Part shown: one piece after another, positions 15,087 through 24,180 of the stretch
Position numbering within the stretch: position 1 is the stretch's first letter
Layout of the letters: every line of letters starts with the position of its first letter
DNA from: Enterocloster bolteae
GTDB lineage: Bacteria > Bacillota > Clostridia > Lachnospirales > Lachnospiraceae
Assembly (NCBI RefSeq): GCF_002234575.2
Contig: NZ_CP022464.2
Coordinates: 3,119,944 to 3,151,943 of the forward strand
Direction: 5' to 3'
Length of the DNA stretch: 32,000 nt
The notes under the pieces: model-generated
Database searches by the model: none
Told to the model about the DNA's origin: nothing
Seen by the model: the letters and a program-made list of their open reading frames with translations, nothing else
Program-made: the position numbers and the translations under genes

Positions 15087-16202
15087 TTGTCCCTATTGCC
15101 GTATCAAGGGGGTTATTTTTATGGGTAGAAAATACAGACAGTTAAGCCAAAATGATAGAATATCAATGGAAACACTACTTAACAAAGGTCATTCCGTACA
15201 AGAGGTTGCGGATTATTTGCACGTTCACAGAAGCACCATTTACAGAGAAATGAAACGGGGCGAGTATGTACATAGAAATTCAGACTATACGGAAGAGGTG
15301 CGTTATAGTAGTGATAAGGGGCAGCAGACCCATGATTGGAACGCCCAGGGCAAAGGCAGAAACATTAAAATAGGCAATGATATTAAATTGGCGGAATACA
15401 TAGAAAATAAGATTGTGGAAAATAAATATAGCCCGGAAGCGGCGTTGGCAGCAGTAGCCACAAGCGGAATAGAATTTAGTACCACTATAAGCGTAAGAAC
15501 CCTATACCGCTATATTGATAACGGCATATTCCTTAAACTTACCAACAAGCATTTACCCGTTAAGGGCAAGAAGAAAAAGAAAAATAAGAAAGTCCAGGTG
15601 CAGAAGAGGGCAGCAGCCGGGGAGAGCATAGAGAACCGCCCGGATGAAGTGGCAACCCGTGAAACATTCGGACATTGGGAAATGGACACAGTAAAGGGCA
15701 AACAAGGCGTTACAAAATCATGTATGCTTGTATTAACAGAGAGAAAGACCAGGGACGAGATTATATTTAAACTGAAAGACCAAAAGGCGGAAAGCGTGGT
15801 GGATGCCATGGACCGTTTAGAAAGAAAATGGGGAGATATGTTTTCTAAAGTGTTTAGAAGCATCACGGTAGATAATGGCGTGGAGTTTTCGGATTGTAAG
15901 GGCATGGAGCGTTCAGCGTTGACACCAGGGGAGAAACGCACATATCTATTCTATTGCCACCCATACAGTAGTTGGGAGAGAGGGACCAACGAAAACACCA
16001 ACAAACTAATCCGCCGCCATATCCCTAAAGGGGAAGATTTTGACGAAAAGCAAGATAGGGACATTGAGTTTATAGAAAATTGGATAAACACATACCCACG
16101 GGGCATTTTCGGTTTCAAAACATCAGAAGAATTATTTAAAGAAGAGTTGGAGAAAATCACGGCATAATATTTTTTAAAAACTTGTCGCAAAACTATTGAC
16201 AA
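15087..16202 (+). mobile_element. IS30-family insertion sequence (ends tentative)
   Basis: It contains a single IS30-type transposase gene. The candidate imperfect inverted repeats are TTGTCCCTATTGCCGTATCAAG (15087-15108) and the reverse complement of 16181-16202 (TTGTCAATAGTTTTGCGACAAG), matching at 13/22 positions ungapped. The boundaries are uncertain. Confidence 0.5.
15121..16167 (+). CDS. IS30 family transposase
   Basis: N-terminal HTH (RISMETLLNKGHSVQEVADYLHVHRSTIYREMKRG). DDE-type core with HWEMDTV, ITVDNGVEF and PYSSWERGTNENTNKLIRR. Confidence 0.9.
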   Translation: MGRKYRQLSQNDRISMETLLNKGHSVQEVADYLHVHRSTIYREMKRGEYVHRNSDYTEEVRYSSDKGQQTHDWNAQGKGRNIKIGNDIKLAEYIENKIVENKYSPEAALAAVATSGIEFSTTISVRTLYRYIDNGIFLKLTNKHLPVKGKKKKKNKKVQVQKRAAAGESIENRPDEVATRETFGHWEMDTVKGKQGVTKSCMLVLTERKTRDEIIFKLKDQKAESVVDAMDRLERKWGDMFSKVFRSITVDNGVEFSDCKGMERSALTPGEKRTYLFYCHPYSSWERGTNENTNKLIRRHIPKGEDFDEKQDRDIEFIENWINTYPRGIFGFKTSEELFKEELEKITA

Positions 16203-16686
16203 AAAGAAGGTGGTTTGTATTTGCATCTATGTAAGTCACATAATCATAGTCATCCTGGGCCGCCATCTCCACCAGATGGGACCTCATTTCTGACTCAATC
16301 CGGCGGGCGAATAAAAGAAGCCTGTCACTGCTGCATCCGGAATGGGGACAGGTACTTAAATAAATTTCATGCCACTCGAACCCATAGGGCGCTCCGATAA
16401 AGCGGATTTCTATGCGTTTGTGCTTCCGGCCGCTTGCAAAAAAGCTGCGCAGGGATTCTGTACAGAAGAATTCATTCCATATGGCCTGGTCCGGACCATA
16501 TACATTATGCTCTGACAGCTCCCTCAGCGTTTGCTCCAAATCAAGGGTCTGCCCTGTGGTGGAGGGGAGGGTACGGTCCCTCCAGACATATACTTCCTCC
16601 TCCTTTAGACGGAGTTCCCAGATGGTATCAATGATACCATCTGTTGCATCAATATAATCATTTAGTGACAGACCGGTCGATTTCAT
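16174..16686 (-). pseudogene. 3'-truncated host gene (N-terminal sensor-like part of a probable signalling protein), ending inside or at the IS30 right end
   Basis: The host-like reading frame (MKSTGLSLNDYIDATDG...MAAQDDYDYVTYIDANT) runs into AT-rich IS-flank sequence. It terminates after about 12 unrelated codons (NHLLFVNSFATSF*). Confidence 0.4.
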
Positions 16687-16858
16687 TTTTATATTCCTTT
16701 CCCGTTTCATGCTTACAGCATACTGTGCATTTATGATAATAACAGAAATATCCGGAAAACACAATGAAAGTAACAGCATCGTCAGGGATTACTTGGCAAG
16801 GGTTTTCAGATATGGTACAATAGACAAAGCTGTGTATCATTTGAAAAGAGGGAAATTA

Positions 16859-18592
16859 ATGTTCACACAAAGAAAAATTTTAGTTGTGGAAGACAATGAG
16901 ATAAACCGTATGATGCTGAGCGCCATTCTTTCGTCGGAATATGAGGTGCTGGAAGCGGAGAACGGACAGGCTGCCCTGGCGGTTCTGAGAAAATACAGGG
17001 ATGGAATCGCGTTGATTCTTCTGGATATCATTATGCCTGTGATGGATGGGTATACCTTCCTTGCCCGTATGCAGGAGGATCCGGCGCTGGCATCCATACC
17101 GGTCATCGTAACCACGCAGAGTGATGATGAATCCGATGAAGTGACTGCTCTTTCCCACGGGGCCACAGACTTTGTGGCAAAGCCTTATAAACCCCAGGTT
17201 ATTTTGCACCGTGTTGCCAATATCATCAAGCTCAGGGAAACAGCCGCCATGATAAATCTGATCCAGTATGACCGGCTGACCGGACTCTACTCAAAAGAAT
17301 TTTTTTACCAGCGTGTAAAGGAAACCCTGGCCGCTCATCCTGAGCAGGAGTATGACATTATATATTCCAACATAGAGAATTTTAAACTTGTCAACGACAT
17401 ATTCGGAGTGCCTTCCGGGGACAGGCTTCTGGTCAATGTGGCCGCCATGTTTTCAAAGCAGGTTGGCAGATGGGGTATCTGCGGCCGGATTAATGCGGAT
17501 CAGTTTGCCTGTCTTTCGGAGCGCCGCCTTGACTACTCAGAGCAGCTGTTTGCGGAGGCAGGCAATCAGATTAATGCCATGTCCAATGTGAAAAATATGG
17601 TGATGAAATGGGGAGTTTACCATATTGATGACCGCTCCATATCTGTGGAACAGATGTGCGACCGCGCACTGCTGGCGGTCCGCAGCATTAAGGGGCAGTA
17701 CAGAAGGCATTTTGCAGCCTATGATGATGCCTTGCGCAGTAAGCTGCTTAGGGAACAGGCCATCACGGACAGTATGGAAGATGCCCTGGCTCAGGGGCAG
17801 TTCATTGTGTACCTGCAGCCAAAGTACAGGCTGAAGGATAGGGAATTGTCAGGAGCAGAGGCTCTGGTAAGGTGGATTCATCCGGAATGGGGGTTCCAGT
17901 CGCCCGGGGAATTTATTCCTCTGTTCGAGAGAAATGGATTCATCACACAGCTGGACCAGTATGTGTGGGACCGCACCTGCGCTTTTTTGCGTGACTGGGA
18001 CAGTAAGGGGTATCCGCAGATACCTGTGTCCGTGAATGTGTCCAGGGCTGATATCTACAATGCGGACCTTGCCAACATCCTTCTGAGGACTGTACATAAA
18101 TATAATCTGCCGCCGTCGCGCCTTCATCTGGAAATTACAGAGAGTGCTTATACTGAAAACCCGGGACAAATCATTGATACAGTAACCCACCTCAGGGAGC
18201 TGGGATTCATCATTGAGATGGATGATTTTGGAAGCGGTTACTCCTCCTTAAACATGCTGAACCAGATGCCTCTCGATATACTGAAGCTGGATATGAAGTT
18301 TATCCAGAGCGAGACAGCCAAGCCAGTGAATCAGGGAATCCTGCGTTTCATCATGAGCCTTGCGCGGTGGATGAACCTGAGCGTGGTGGCGGAAGGCGTG
18401 GAGACAGATGAACAGCTGGAACGGCTCAGAGAAATCGGATGTGATTACGTACAGGGCTATTTTTTTGGGAAGCCTATGCCTGAGGATGTCTTTGAGGAGC
18501 TGATGAAAAAGACGGACCGGGAAAAGACCGGGGGGAGGGAACCGGCAAATTATAATAACATAAAGGAGAAACAAACAAATGAAACCGAATGA
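16859..18592 (+). CDS. response regulator with REC, degenerate GGDEF and EAL domains (probable c-di-GMP phosphodiesterase)
   Basis: ATG at 16859 after AGAGGGA. REC domain: KILVVEDNEINR...LLDIIMPVMDG. GGDEF-like domain: starts YDRLTGL, but the signature is replaced by NADQF. EAL domain: EALVRW, DDFGSGYSSL, EGVET, QGYFFGKP. Confidence 0.85.
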   Translation: MFTQRKILVVEDNEINRMMLSAILSSEYEVLEAENGQAALAVLRKYRDGIALILLDIIMPVMDGYTFLARMQEDPALASIPVIVTTQSDDESDEVTALSHGATDFVAKPYKPQVILHRVANIIKLRETAAMINLIQYDRLTGLYSKEFFYQRVKETLAAHPEQEYDIIYSNIENFKLVNDIFGVPSGDRLLVNVAAMFSKQVGRWGICGRINADQFACLSERRLDYSEQLFAEAGNQINAMSNVKNMVMKWGVYHIDDRSISVEQMCDRALLAVRSIKGQYRRHFAAYDDALRSKLLREQAITDSMEDALAQGQFIVYLQPKYRLKDRELSGAEALVRWIHPEWGFQSPGEFIPLFERNGFITQLDQYVWDRTCAFLRDWDSKGYPQIPVSVNVSRADIYNADLANILLRTVHKYNLPPSRLHLEITESAYTENPGQIIDTVTHLRELGFIIEMDDFGSGYSSLNMLNQMPLDILKLDMKFIQSETAKPVNQGILRFIMSLARWMNLSVVAEGVETDEQLERLREIGCDYVQGYFFGKPMPEDVFEELMKKTDREKTGGREPANYNNIKEKQTNETE

Positions 18593-19349
18593 AGCTGCAG
18601 AAAAACAGGAAATCATGTACCGTCTTAAAAATGCAGGGGAGCTATATGTTCTGCTTTCCATGTGTACAGGAGAACCCTATGTGGTCTGCGACCAGGAAAC
18701 ATATGATGATGAGATCATAGTTTTCTTTGACTCCCAGGCAGCTGTAGAGGAGGCAAAAGAACAGACAGAAGCGGGAACGCCTGTCAGGCCCATGAAGCTG
18801 GAGAATAAGCAGTTTTTAATCTTTTACACCAGCCTTTACACCCTTGGGGTTAATGCTCTGCTGGTGAAAGACGGCGGGAGGAACAGCCTGATTCAGCTGC
18901 AGGACTTTGTGAAGCGCAATAAGCAGCAGGGACAGGAGACAGGGGAGAAGGTGTGGGTGGAGAATCCGTCCCTTCATCTGACGATGCTGTATTATATGCA
19001 GGAACTTAGAAAAAAACCGGGACAGGAGAATCTTCCGGAAATAAAAGAGTGGCAGGATGAGATTTCCAATGGTTTCAGCAAGGGCAGTTTTATTGTTCCT
19101 GTGGAGAAGGAGGGAAAGGGGCTGGCTGCTGTCAAAGTCAACGAACAGTTATTCCAGGCTATCTTTACAGATATATTGGAATTTCAGAAATTTAACAGGG
19201 AGGGAAAACTGCGTCCCCTTGTGGTAACAGCTGATAAAATACCTCAAATCATGACAGAAGAGGCAAAGGGCGTGATTCTCAATCCTATGGGGGTCAGAAT
19301 GCCGCTGCAAATTAAGAGGGCGCCCAGTCAGCCAAAAAAAGATGCTTAA
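18579..19349 (+). CDS. hypothetical protein (possibly SseB-like), overlapping the upstream gene by 14 nt
   Basis: 256-aa ORF with AAGGAG about 10 nt upstream of the ATG. It overlaps the EAL gene stop, which suggests co-translation. The family call is weak. Confidence 0.5.
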   Translation: MKPNEAAEKQEIMYRLKNAGELYVLLSMCTGEPYVVCDQETYDDEIIVFFDSQAAVEEAKEQTEAGTPVRPMKLENKQFLIFYTSLYTLGVNALLVKDGGRNSLIQLQDFVKRNKQQGQETGEKVWVENPSLHLTMLYYMQELRKKPGQENLPEIKEWQDEISNGFSKGSFIVPVEKEGKGLAAVKVNEQLFQAIFTDILEFQKFNREGKLRPLVVTADKIPQIMTEEAKGVILNPMGVRMPLQIKRAPSQPKKDA

Positions 19350-19410
19350 GGCATGAGAAAAAAACTCTATATAAACCGTGAAGCGAAAATAAAAAAGGTA
19401 AATACAGAAA

Positions 19411-19440
19411 GGCTGCGATGAGATTTAATTCATCGCAGCC
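19411..19440. terminator. hairpin terminator between convergent genes
   Basis: GGCTGCGATGA and TCATCGCAGCC form an 11-bp stem with an 8-nt loop. On the minus strand a T-rich run follows, just downstream of the XRE gene stop. Confidence 0.55.
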
Positions 19441-19443
19441 TCG

Positions 19444-19896
19444 TTACGTTCTGAGTTCAAGGGACAGTTGGTCGAAATCACCGGGATTATCTTTTGGTTT
19501 ATCAAGAGAAGTTACTTTTTTTAATATTTCGTTTTGTGTTTTGTTATATTCTTCCTTGGCCCGTTTGAGGATAGCCGCTTGACCTTCCCGGTATGTGTTC
19601 TGGAACCAATAAATGAGCAGCGATTCATCTGAAGTCAGCAGCTTGGTGACAGATGCCCCTGCCTCGTCCGGGCGCAGCGCTGCGGCAAGAGGCGTTTCCA
19701 ACGGAATGTCGAAAATGGAATGAACGGAAGTGCCAAGTGCCTTTGCGATGGATTCCATGTGAACCATTTTATCCTTTTGATTTTCTCCGTTTATGATTCT
19801 CTTCAAAGTGCTGGCAGGTATGTGTGTCTCCTTTGATAAGGTTGCCTGGGTCATGCCCTTTAAATTCATAAGTGCAATCAGTTTCTCGTTTCTCAC
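19444..19896 (-). CDS. XRE-family helix-turn-helix transcriptional regulator
   Basis: The N-terminus LKGMTQATLSKETHIPASTLKRIINGEN is a typical HTH_3 pattern. The start is GTG, with an alternative ATG at 19869. Confidence 0.75.
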   Translation of the reverse strand: MRNEKLIALMNLKGMTQATLSKETHIPASTLKRIINGENQKDKMVHMESIAKALGTSVHSIFDIPLETPLAAALRPDEAGASVTKLLTSDESLLIYWFQNTYREGQAAILKRAKEEYNKTQNEILKKVTSLDKPKDNPGDFDQLSLELRT

Positions 19897-20279
19897 AGTA
19901 CGTCCCCGTTTCCTGGTAATCCCATATGATATATGTCTCTAACCCCGTAGTATTGCCATAAAATACCTCTTATGGATAATTCTACCATATAAATGAAGAT
20001 TCTTCAAGAAACGACATTGATTTAAGGATATTTTTTCTCATGATATTTTTTCTCGCAAATTTTTCGGTCTGTTTTACCTTGCGAAGTTTTTTCTCATAAT
20101 GTTCAGCGCGGTTATGATGTCCGATTTATTCTTACATAGAGGGATCTGTTCCTGTATGAATTTTTGTTACATATTCTTTCAATTTCTTTAAATCCATGGA
20201 CAGCGCCGCTTAATTTGTTTACAATAGACGGGCTGGTCAAAGGCTGGCTGCATTTAAAATACACAGGAGACCAGAATTT

Positions 20280-21530
20280 ATGTCTAAAGATACCAAAAAA
20301 AATATAAAAGGGACTGACAACAGAAAAAATACAAACAGTAAAATCCCTAAAAACTTAAAAACACAGGACAGACAAAATGCAATGAAGCGAATCAGTAAGA
20401 CCAGGCAGGCAAAGATGCGGGAGGAGGAAGTAAAGTCCACTCTGAAGTTTGGTGTGAAACTGGTTTTGGTTCTGGCAGTTGTGATTGGATGTGCACAACT
20501 GTTTTTTTATGGAAAGAATGTGATGGCGGACAGGAGCAATGGTCCCGCTGCCTGGATAGCGGCAGAAAGCAGTCAAACAAAGGACAATCCGTCCGATTCA
20601 TCCGTTTTATCAAAAACAGGAGAACCGGAGAAAGAAGAACAGGAAGAGACAGCAGGTCCTGAAACAAAAGAAGGCATAACAGGAGGTCTGGCTTCCAAAG
20701 AAATACAAACAGGAGAACCGCCGTCCGGAATCGTCCTGGAGCCGTTTCTGCCTGATTCTGAAAAGGGTCAGCAGCAGACACCGGAGACCATTGCACCCTT
20801 CGCGGTCTCCAGCGATGGACCGGGTAACGTGGTGCAGGCAGCACCGCCTTTAGGAGAAGCGTCTTTAGGCCCGGCAGGCGGCGGAAATGAGCTGTTCCCT
20901 GTTTCCGGGCCTGCGGATGTCTCCAAGCCCATGATTGCATTTACCTTTGATGACGGTCCTTATTACAGTGTGGACAGCAGAATTCTGGACACGCTTCAGG
21001 CTTACGGGGGCAGGGCTACCTTTTTTATAGTAGGAAGCCGCGTTAATGACTACAAGGACACTCTTAAGAGAATCCGGGATTCCGGGTCCGAGATAGGAAA
21101 CCATACATTTAACCACAAGAATCTGGAAAAAATTTCTCCCGAAGAAGTGACCTCCCAGATTGAGATGACCAACGATGCGGTGGAGGCTGTAACAGGTTTC
21201 CGGCCAAAACTGGTACGTGTGCCTTACGGCGCCTTTAAGGGCCAGGTGCCGGGCCTGGTATCTTACCCCATGATTCAGTGGAACATAGATACACAGGACT
21301 GGTCCAGTAAGGATAAGGATGCCATTGCAGCCTCTGTGCTCTCCCAGGCAAGGGATGGGAGCATCATACTGATGCACGACCTTTATTCCGCCACGGCTGA
21401 GGCATTTGAGACGGTCATCCCCCTTCTGGCTGCCCAGGGCTACCAGTTTGTTACGGTCAGTGAGATGTATGCGGCCAAAGGAGTGCCGCTGGAGGCTGGT
21501 CAGGTCTATTTTAATATTCCTAAGGGGTGA
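20280..21530 (+). CDS. membrane-anchored polysaccharide deacetylase (NodB / peptidoglycan GlcNAc deacetylase family)
   Basis: Basic N-terminus, one TM segment and a Pro/Glu/Ser-rich linker. NodB motifs are present: FTFDDGP, HTFNH, RVPYG, LMHD. Confidence 0.85.
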   Translation: MSKDTKKNIKGTDNRKNTNSKIPKNLKTQDRQNAMKRISKTRQAKMREEEVKSTLKFGVKLVLVLAVVIGCAQLFFYGKNVMADRSNGPAAWIAAESSQTKDNPSDSSVLSKTGEPEKEEQEETAGPETKEGITGGLASKEIQTGEPPSGIVLEPFLPDSEKGQQQTPETIAPFAVSSDGPGNVVQAAPPLGEASLGPAGGGNELFPVSGPADVSKPMIAFTFDDGPYYSVDSRILDTLQAYGGRATFFIVGSRVNDYKDTLKRIRDSGSEIGNHTFNHKNLEKISPEEVTSQIEMTNDAVEAVTGFRPKLVRVPYGAFKGQVPGLVSYPMIQWNIDTQDWSSKDKDAIAASVLSQARDGSIILMHDLYSATAEAFETVIPLLAAQGYQFVTVSEMYAAKGVPLEAGQVYFNIPKG

Positions 21531-21640
21531 TGATTAGAATACCTTATTAACTTCCACAGGAATCAGCGCGCAGATGAGGATTGTAAATCTTTTCTGCTGG
21601 CAGTTAAGTTCCGTGTAAAGTTTTTCTTGACACGAATACC

Positions 21641-22189
21641 GTGTCGTGCTTTATACTTAATTTAGGAGAAAAGTATAAACACTATGGAACAAATGCAGAC
21701 TGTCAGCATGGTATCAAAAAATTAATCCCGGAGACAGCCCGCTTTTCAGGGGAAGCTGAGTATGGAGTGGGGCCGGAAGCCACCGGTATGATTGAGAAAT
21801 TTGTTTACGAAACGGAATTGCTGAAACTAAAACCCGATGCCAGAGGGATGGGATTTGATTGTTCCAGAGCAGATTTAAGAGTGGAAGCCGGAGCAGCTCC
21901 CACCGCATATGAAGCATGGGTATCAATCCCTGAGGATATGGAAGTTAAGCCGCCTCTGGTTAAAAAAACGTTTGGCGGCGGGATGTATGCTGCCCATGTA
22001 TTGAGGGACTGGAGTTTTCAGGATTGGAGTTTGCTTCAGGAGTGGGCCAGAGAAAGCGAAAGATACGAAGAGGCCGGCGGTCCATGCTTTGAGGAAATAT
22101 TAAATTATTACAACCTTATGAATAATGGGGCGAAAATGGAAGATACACAGATTGATCTGCTGCTGCCTGTTAAGGAAATGATAAAGTAG
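21641..22189 (+). CDS. GyrI-like small-molecule-binding domain protein (start uncertain; possibly frameshifted)
   Basis: The C-terminal part (FGGGMYAAHV...GPCFEEILNYYN...QIDLLLPV) resembles the GyrI-like/effector-binding fold. The ORF-track GTG start lies inside the promoter. An ATG at 21684 is in another frame and stops after 13 codons at an A6 run. Confidence 0.4.
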   Translation: MSCFILNLGEKYKHYGTNADCQHGIKKLIPETARFSGEAEYGVGPEATGMIEKFVYETELLKLKPDARGMGFDCSRADLRVEAGAAPTAYEAWVSIPEDMEVKPPLVKKTFGGGMYAAHVLRDWSFQDWSLLQEWARESERYEEAGGPCFEEILNYYNLMNNGAKMEDTQIDLLLPVKEMIK

Positions 22190-22485
22190 AGGACGCAGGA
22201 AAAAGTACAGGCATTCTTTGCTTTTAGTCCAGAGAACAGTTTATAGCAGCAGGAGGATTTACATATGGAACATTTCAAATTTGACTTATATGCCCGCGCA
22301 TGTGATGCGTATTTTATTTATGGCGTAATCTTAGGGTGAGACACCGCCATATTTCCATTCCTGCCACACAACGGATGGGATTGATTACGGAGGATGCAGC
22401 AGAAAAAGCGGTTGCCTTGAACAGCAGGCAGGGCTGGATGGGGATATTCGTCTGACTAATTTGTATTTAAGAAAGGGAAAGGATA

Positions 22486-22980
22486 ATGGCAAAGACTTCA
22501 TTTAATGAATTTCTATTGGCAGTTGCGCCGGAGCATCGTGTATTTGTGGAGAAGCTGAATGACAAACTTTTGAAACAGGGGTGTGAACTTGTAATCAAGG
22601 AAGTCAAAAGCGGATACACTGCCACATACCAGCTGGAGAAGAAAACCGTAATGAATTGGGTGTTTCGCAAGACCGGTATCTGGGCACGCATTTACGGAGA
22701 TAATGCCGGCAGGTATGAGGAGGTCATCGCCGCTCTGCCTGCCCACATGCAAAAGAAAATGGCGGCTTCCCGTGATTGCAAGAGACTTATTGACCCTGAT
22801 GCATGCAGTGATACATGCGTGAAAGGTTTCGTCTATTCTCTGAATGGAGAGACACAAAAAAAATGCCGTAATGACGGAATGCTCTTCCTTCTGACAGAGG
22901 AAACAGCAGAGTATATTGCCGGGCTGATCTGTGCTGAGGCTGCTGCGCGTAAGCCGGCTTTGCAGCAGCTGAATCGTTAA
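22486..22980 (+). CDS. hypothetical protein
   Basis: 164-aa ORF with RBS GGGAAAGGA. No family recognised with confidence. Confidence 0.5.
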   Translation: MAKTSFNEFLLAVAPEHRVFVEKLNDKLLKQGCELVIKEVKSGYTATYQLEKKTVMNWVFRKTGIWARIYGDNAGRYEEVIAALPAHMQKKMAASRDCKRLIDPDACSDTCVKGFVYSLNGETQKKCRNDGMLFLLTEETAEYIAGLICAEAAARKPALQQLNR

Positions 22981-23544
22981 GAACGGCATATAGATTAATT
23001 TACTAATTGTCAAGTATATCCCTCCTGCTATTGGCTTATCCTAAAAGCGGTTATCATAATATCAGTTATCATAATATCATGAGTTTTCTGCAATGTATTA
23101 GAAAATTTTACAATATGATATTTTTTCGCCTGTATATATGGTAAAACGAAAGAACAATCAAAGCTTCGGCTTTACAAGCATTACAAGCCCGCATATATTG
23201 CGGGCATTGGCGTATTAACAAGGGTGGAGGGGAATTAACGAGAGCATCGCAGGTTGAACACACTGTCACAGATGGAGCACGTTTTCTGTTTATAGGCAAC
23301 AGCCATACATTTACCAATGATTTGCCGGGTACATTTTGCGAACTTGCTTGGACAAGAGAAGGCTGGTGAATTGCAGACAGTGGCCTGGAGTTATATGCAG
23401 ACACAGCGAAGGCTGAAGAAACAGAACGGGCTGACGGCAGTTAGACAGAGTTTTATCATTATATTTCAGGAATGCGGGACTGATTAAAAAGATATGATTA
23501 AAGGGATAACCAATTCTAAATAAAGGTATAGAGGAGCAGTTGAT

Positions 23545-24180
23545 ATGATAACGATACGAAATGAAGAAGAACGTGATTACAAGGTCGTTGAAGAAATTAC
23601 AAGAAAGGCATTTTATAATCTATATATACCGGGATGTGCGGAACATTATCTGGTTCACATCATGCGCGGTCATGAGGATTTTATACCAGAGCTGGATTTT
23701 GTGATTGAACTGGACGGACAGGTGATTGGGAATATTATGTATACAAAAGCCCGGCTGGTTGATGAAGCCGGAACAGAAAAAGAAATCCTAACCTTTGGTC
23801 CGGTCAGTATTGCTCCTGAGTATCAGAGAAGAGGGTACGGAAGGATGCTGATTGAGCATTCCTTTGAACAGGCCGTTCTGCTTGGCTATGATGTGGTTGT
23901 CATACTGGGAAGTCCGATGAACTATGTGGGCTGCGGTTTTAAAAGCAGCAGGAAATTGAATATCTGTATGGAAAATGGGAAGTATCCGGCTGCGATGATG
24001 GTGAAGGAACTGGTCCCCAATCAATTGGACGGCAGAAAATGGTTCTATTATGACAGCCCTGTTATGGCAATCTCTGAGGAAGAAGCACAGGAATATGATA
24101 ATACCTTAGAAAAAATGGAAAAGAAATATCAGCCGAGCCAGGAAGAGTTTTATATTATGAGCCATGCTTTTATTGAGTAA
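23545..24180 (+). CDS. GNAT family N-acetyltransferase
   Basis: RBS GAGGAG 8 nt upstream. The acetyl-CoA motif is QRRGYGRMLIEHS. Confidence 0.8.
   Translation: MITIRNEEERDYKVVEEITRKAFYNLYIPGCAEHYLVHIMRGHEDFIPELDFVIELDGQVIGNIMYTKARLVDEAGTEKEILTFGPVSIAPEYQRRGYGRMLIEHSFEQAVLLGYDVVVILGSPMNYVGCGFKSSRKLNICMENGKYPAAMMVKELVPNQLDGRKWFYYDSPVMAISEEEAQEYDNTLEKMEKKYQPSQEEFYIMSHAFIE

Noticed and set aside
16709-16858. 50-codon N-terminal extension of the REC-GGDEF-EAL ORF given by the ORF track
   Set aside because: The extension overlaps the divergent promoter region and the start of the minus-strand gene. The ATG at 16859 has a good RBS and yields a canonical REC N-terminus (KILVVEDN).
20355-21377. Antisense ORFs (73-182 aa) opposite the polysaccharide deacetylase gene
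   Set aside because: They overlap a CDS with clear NodB motifs. Their sequences are Pro/Arg/Leu-rich in the way GC-skewed antisense frames typically are, and no RBS precedes them.
23108-23404. 98-aa minus-strand ORF. On the plus strand there is a short SGNH/GDSL-hydrolase-like peptide (RFLFIGNSHTFTNDLPGTF) that ends in a stop at about 23365.
   Set aside because: The minus-strand ORF has no RBS or recognisable family. The plus-strand fragment is only about 30 codons with no start, so at most it is a gene relic. That is not enough to call a feature.
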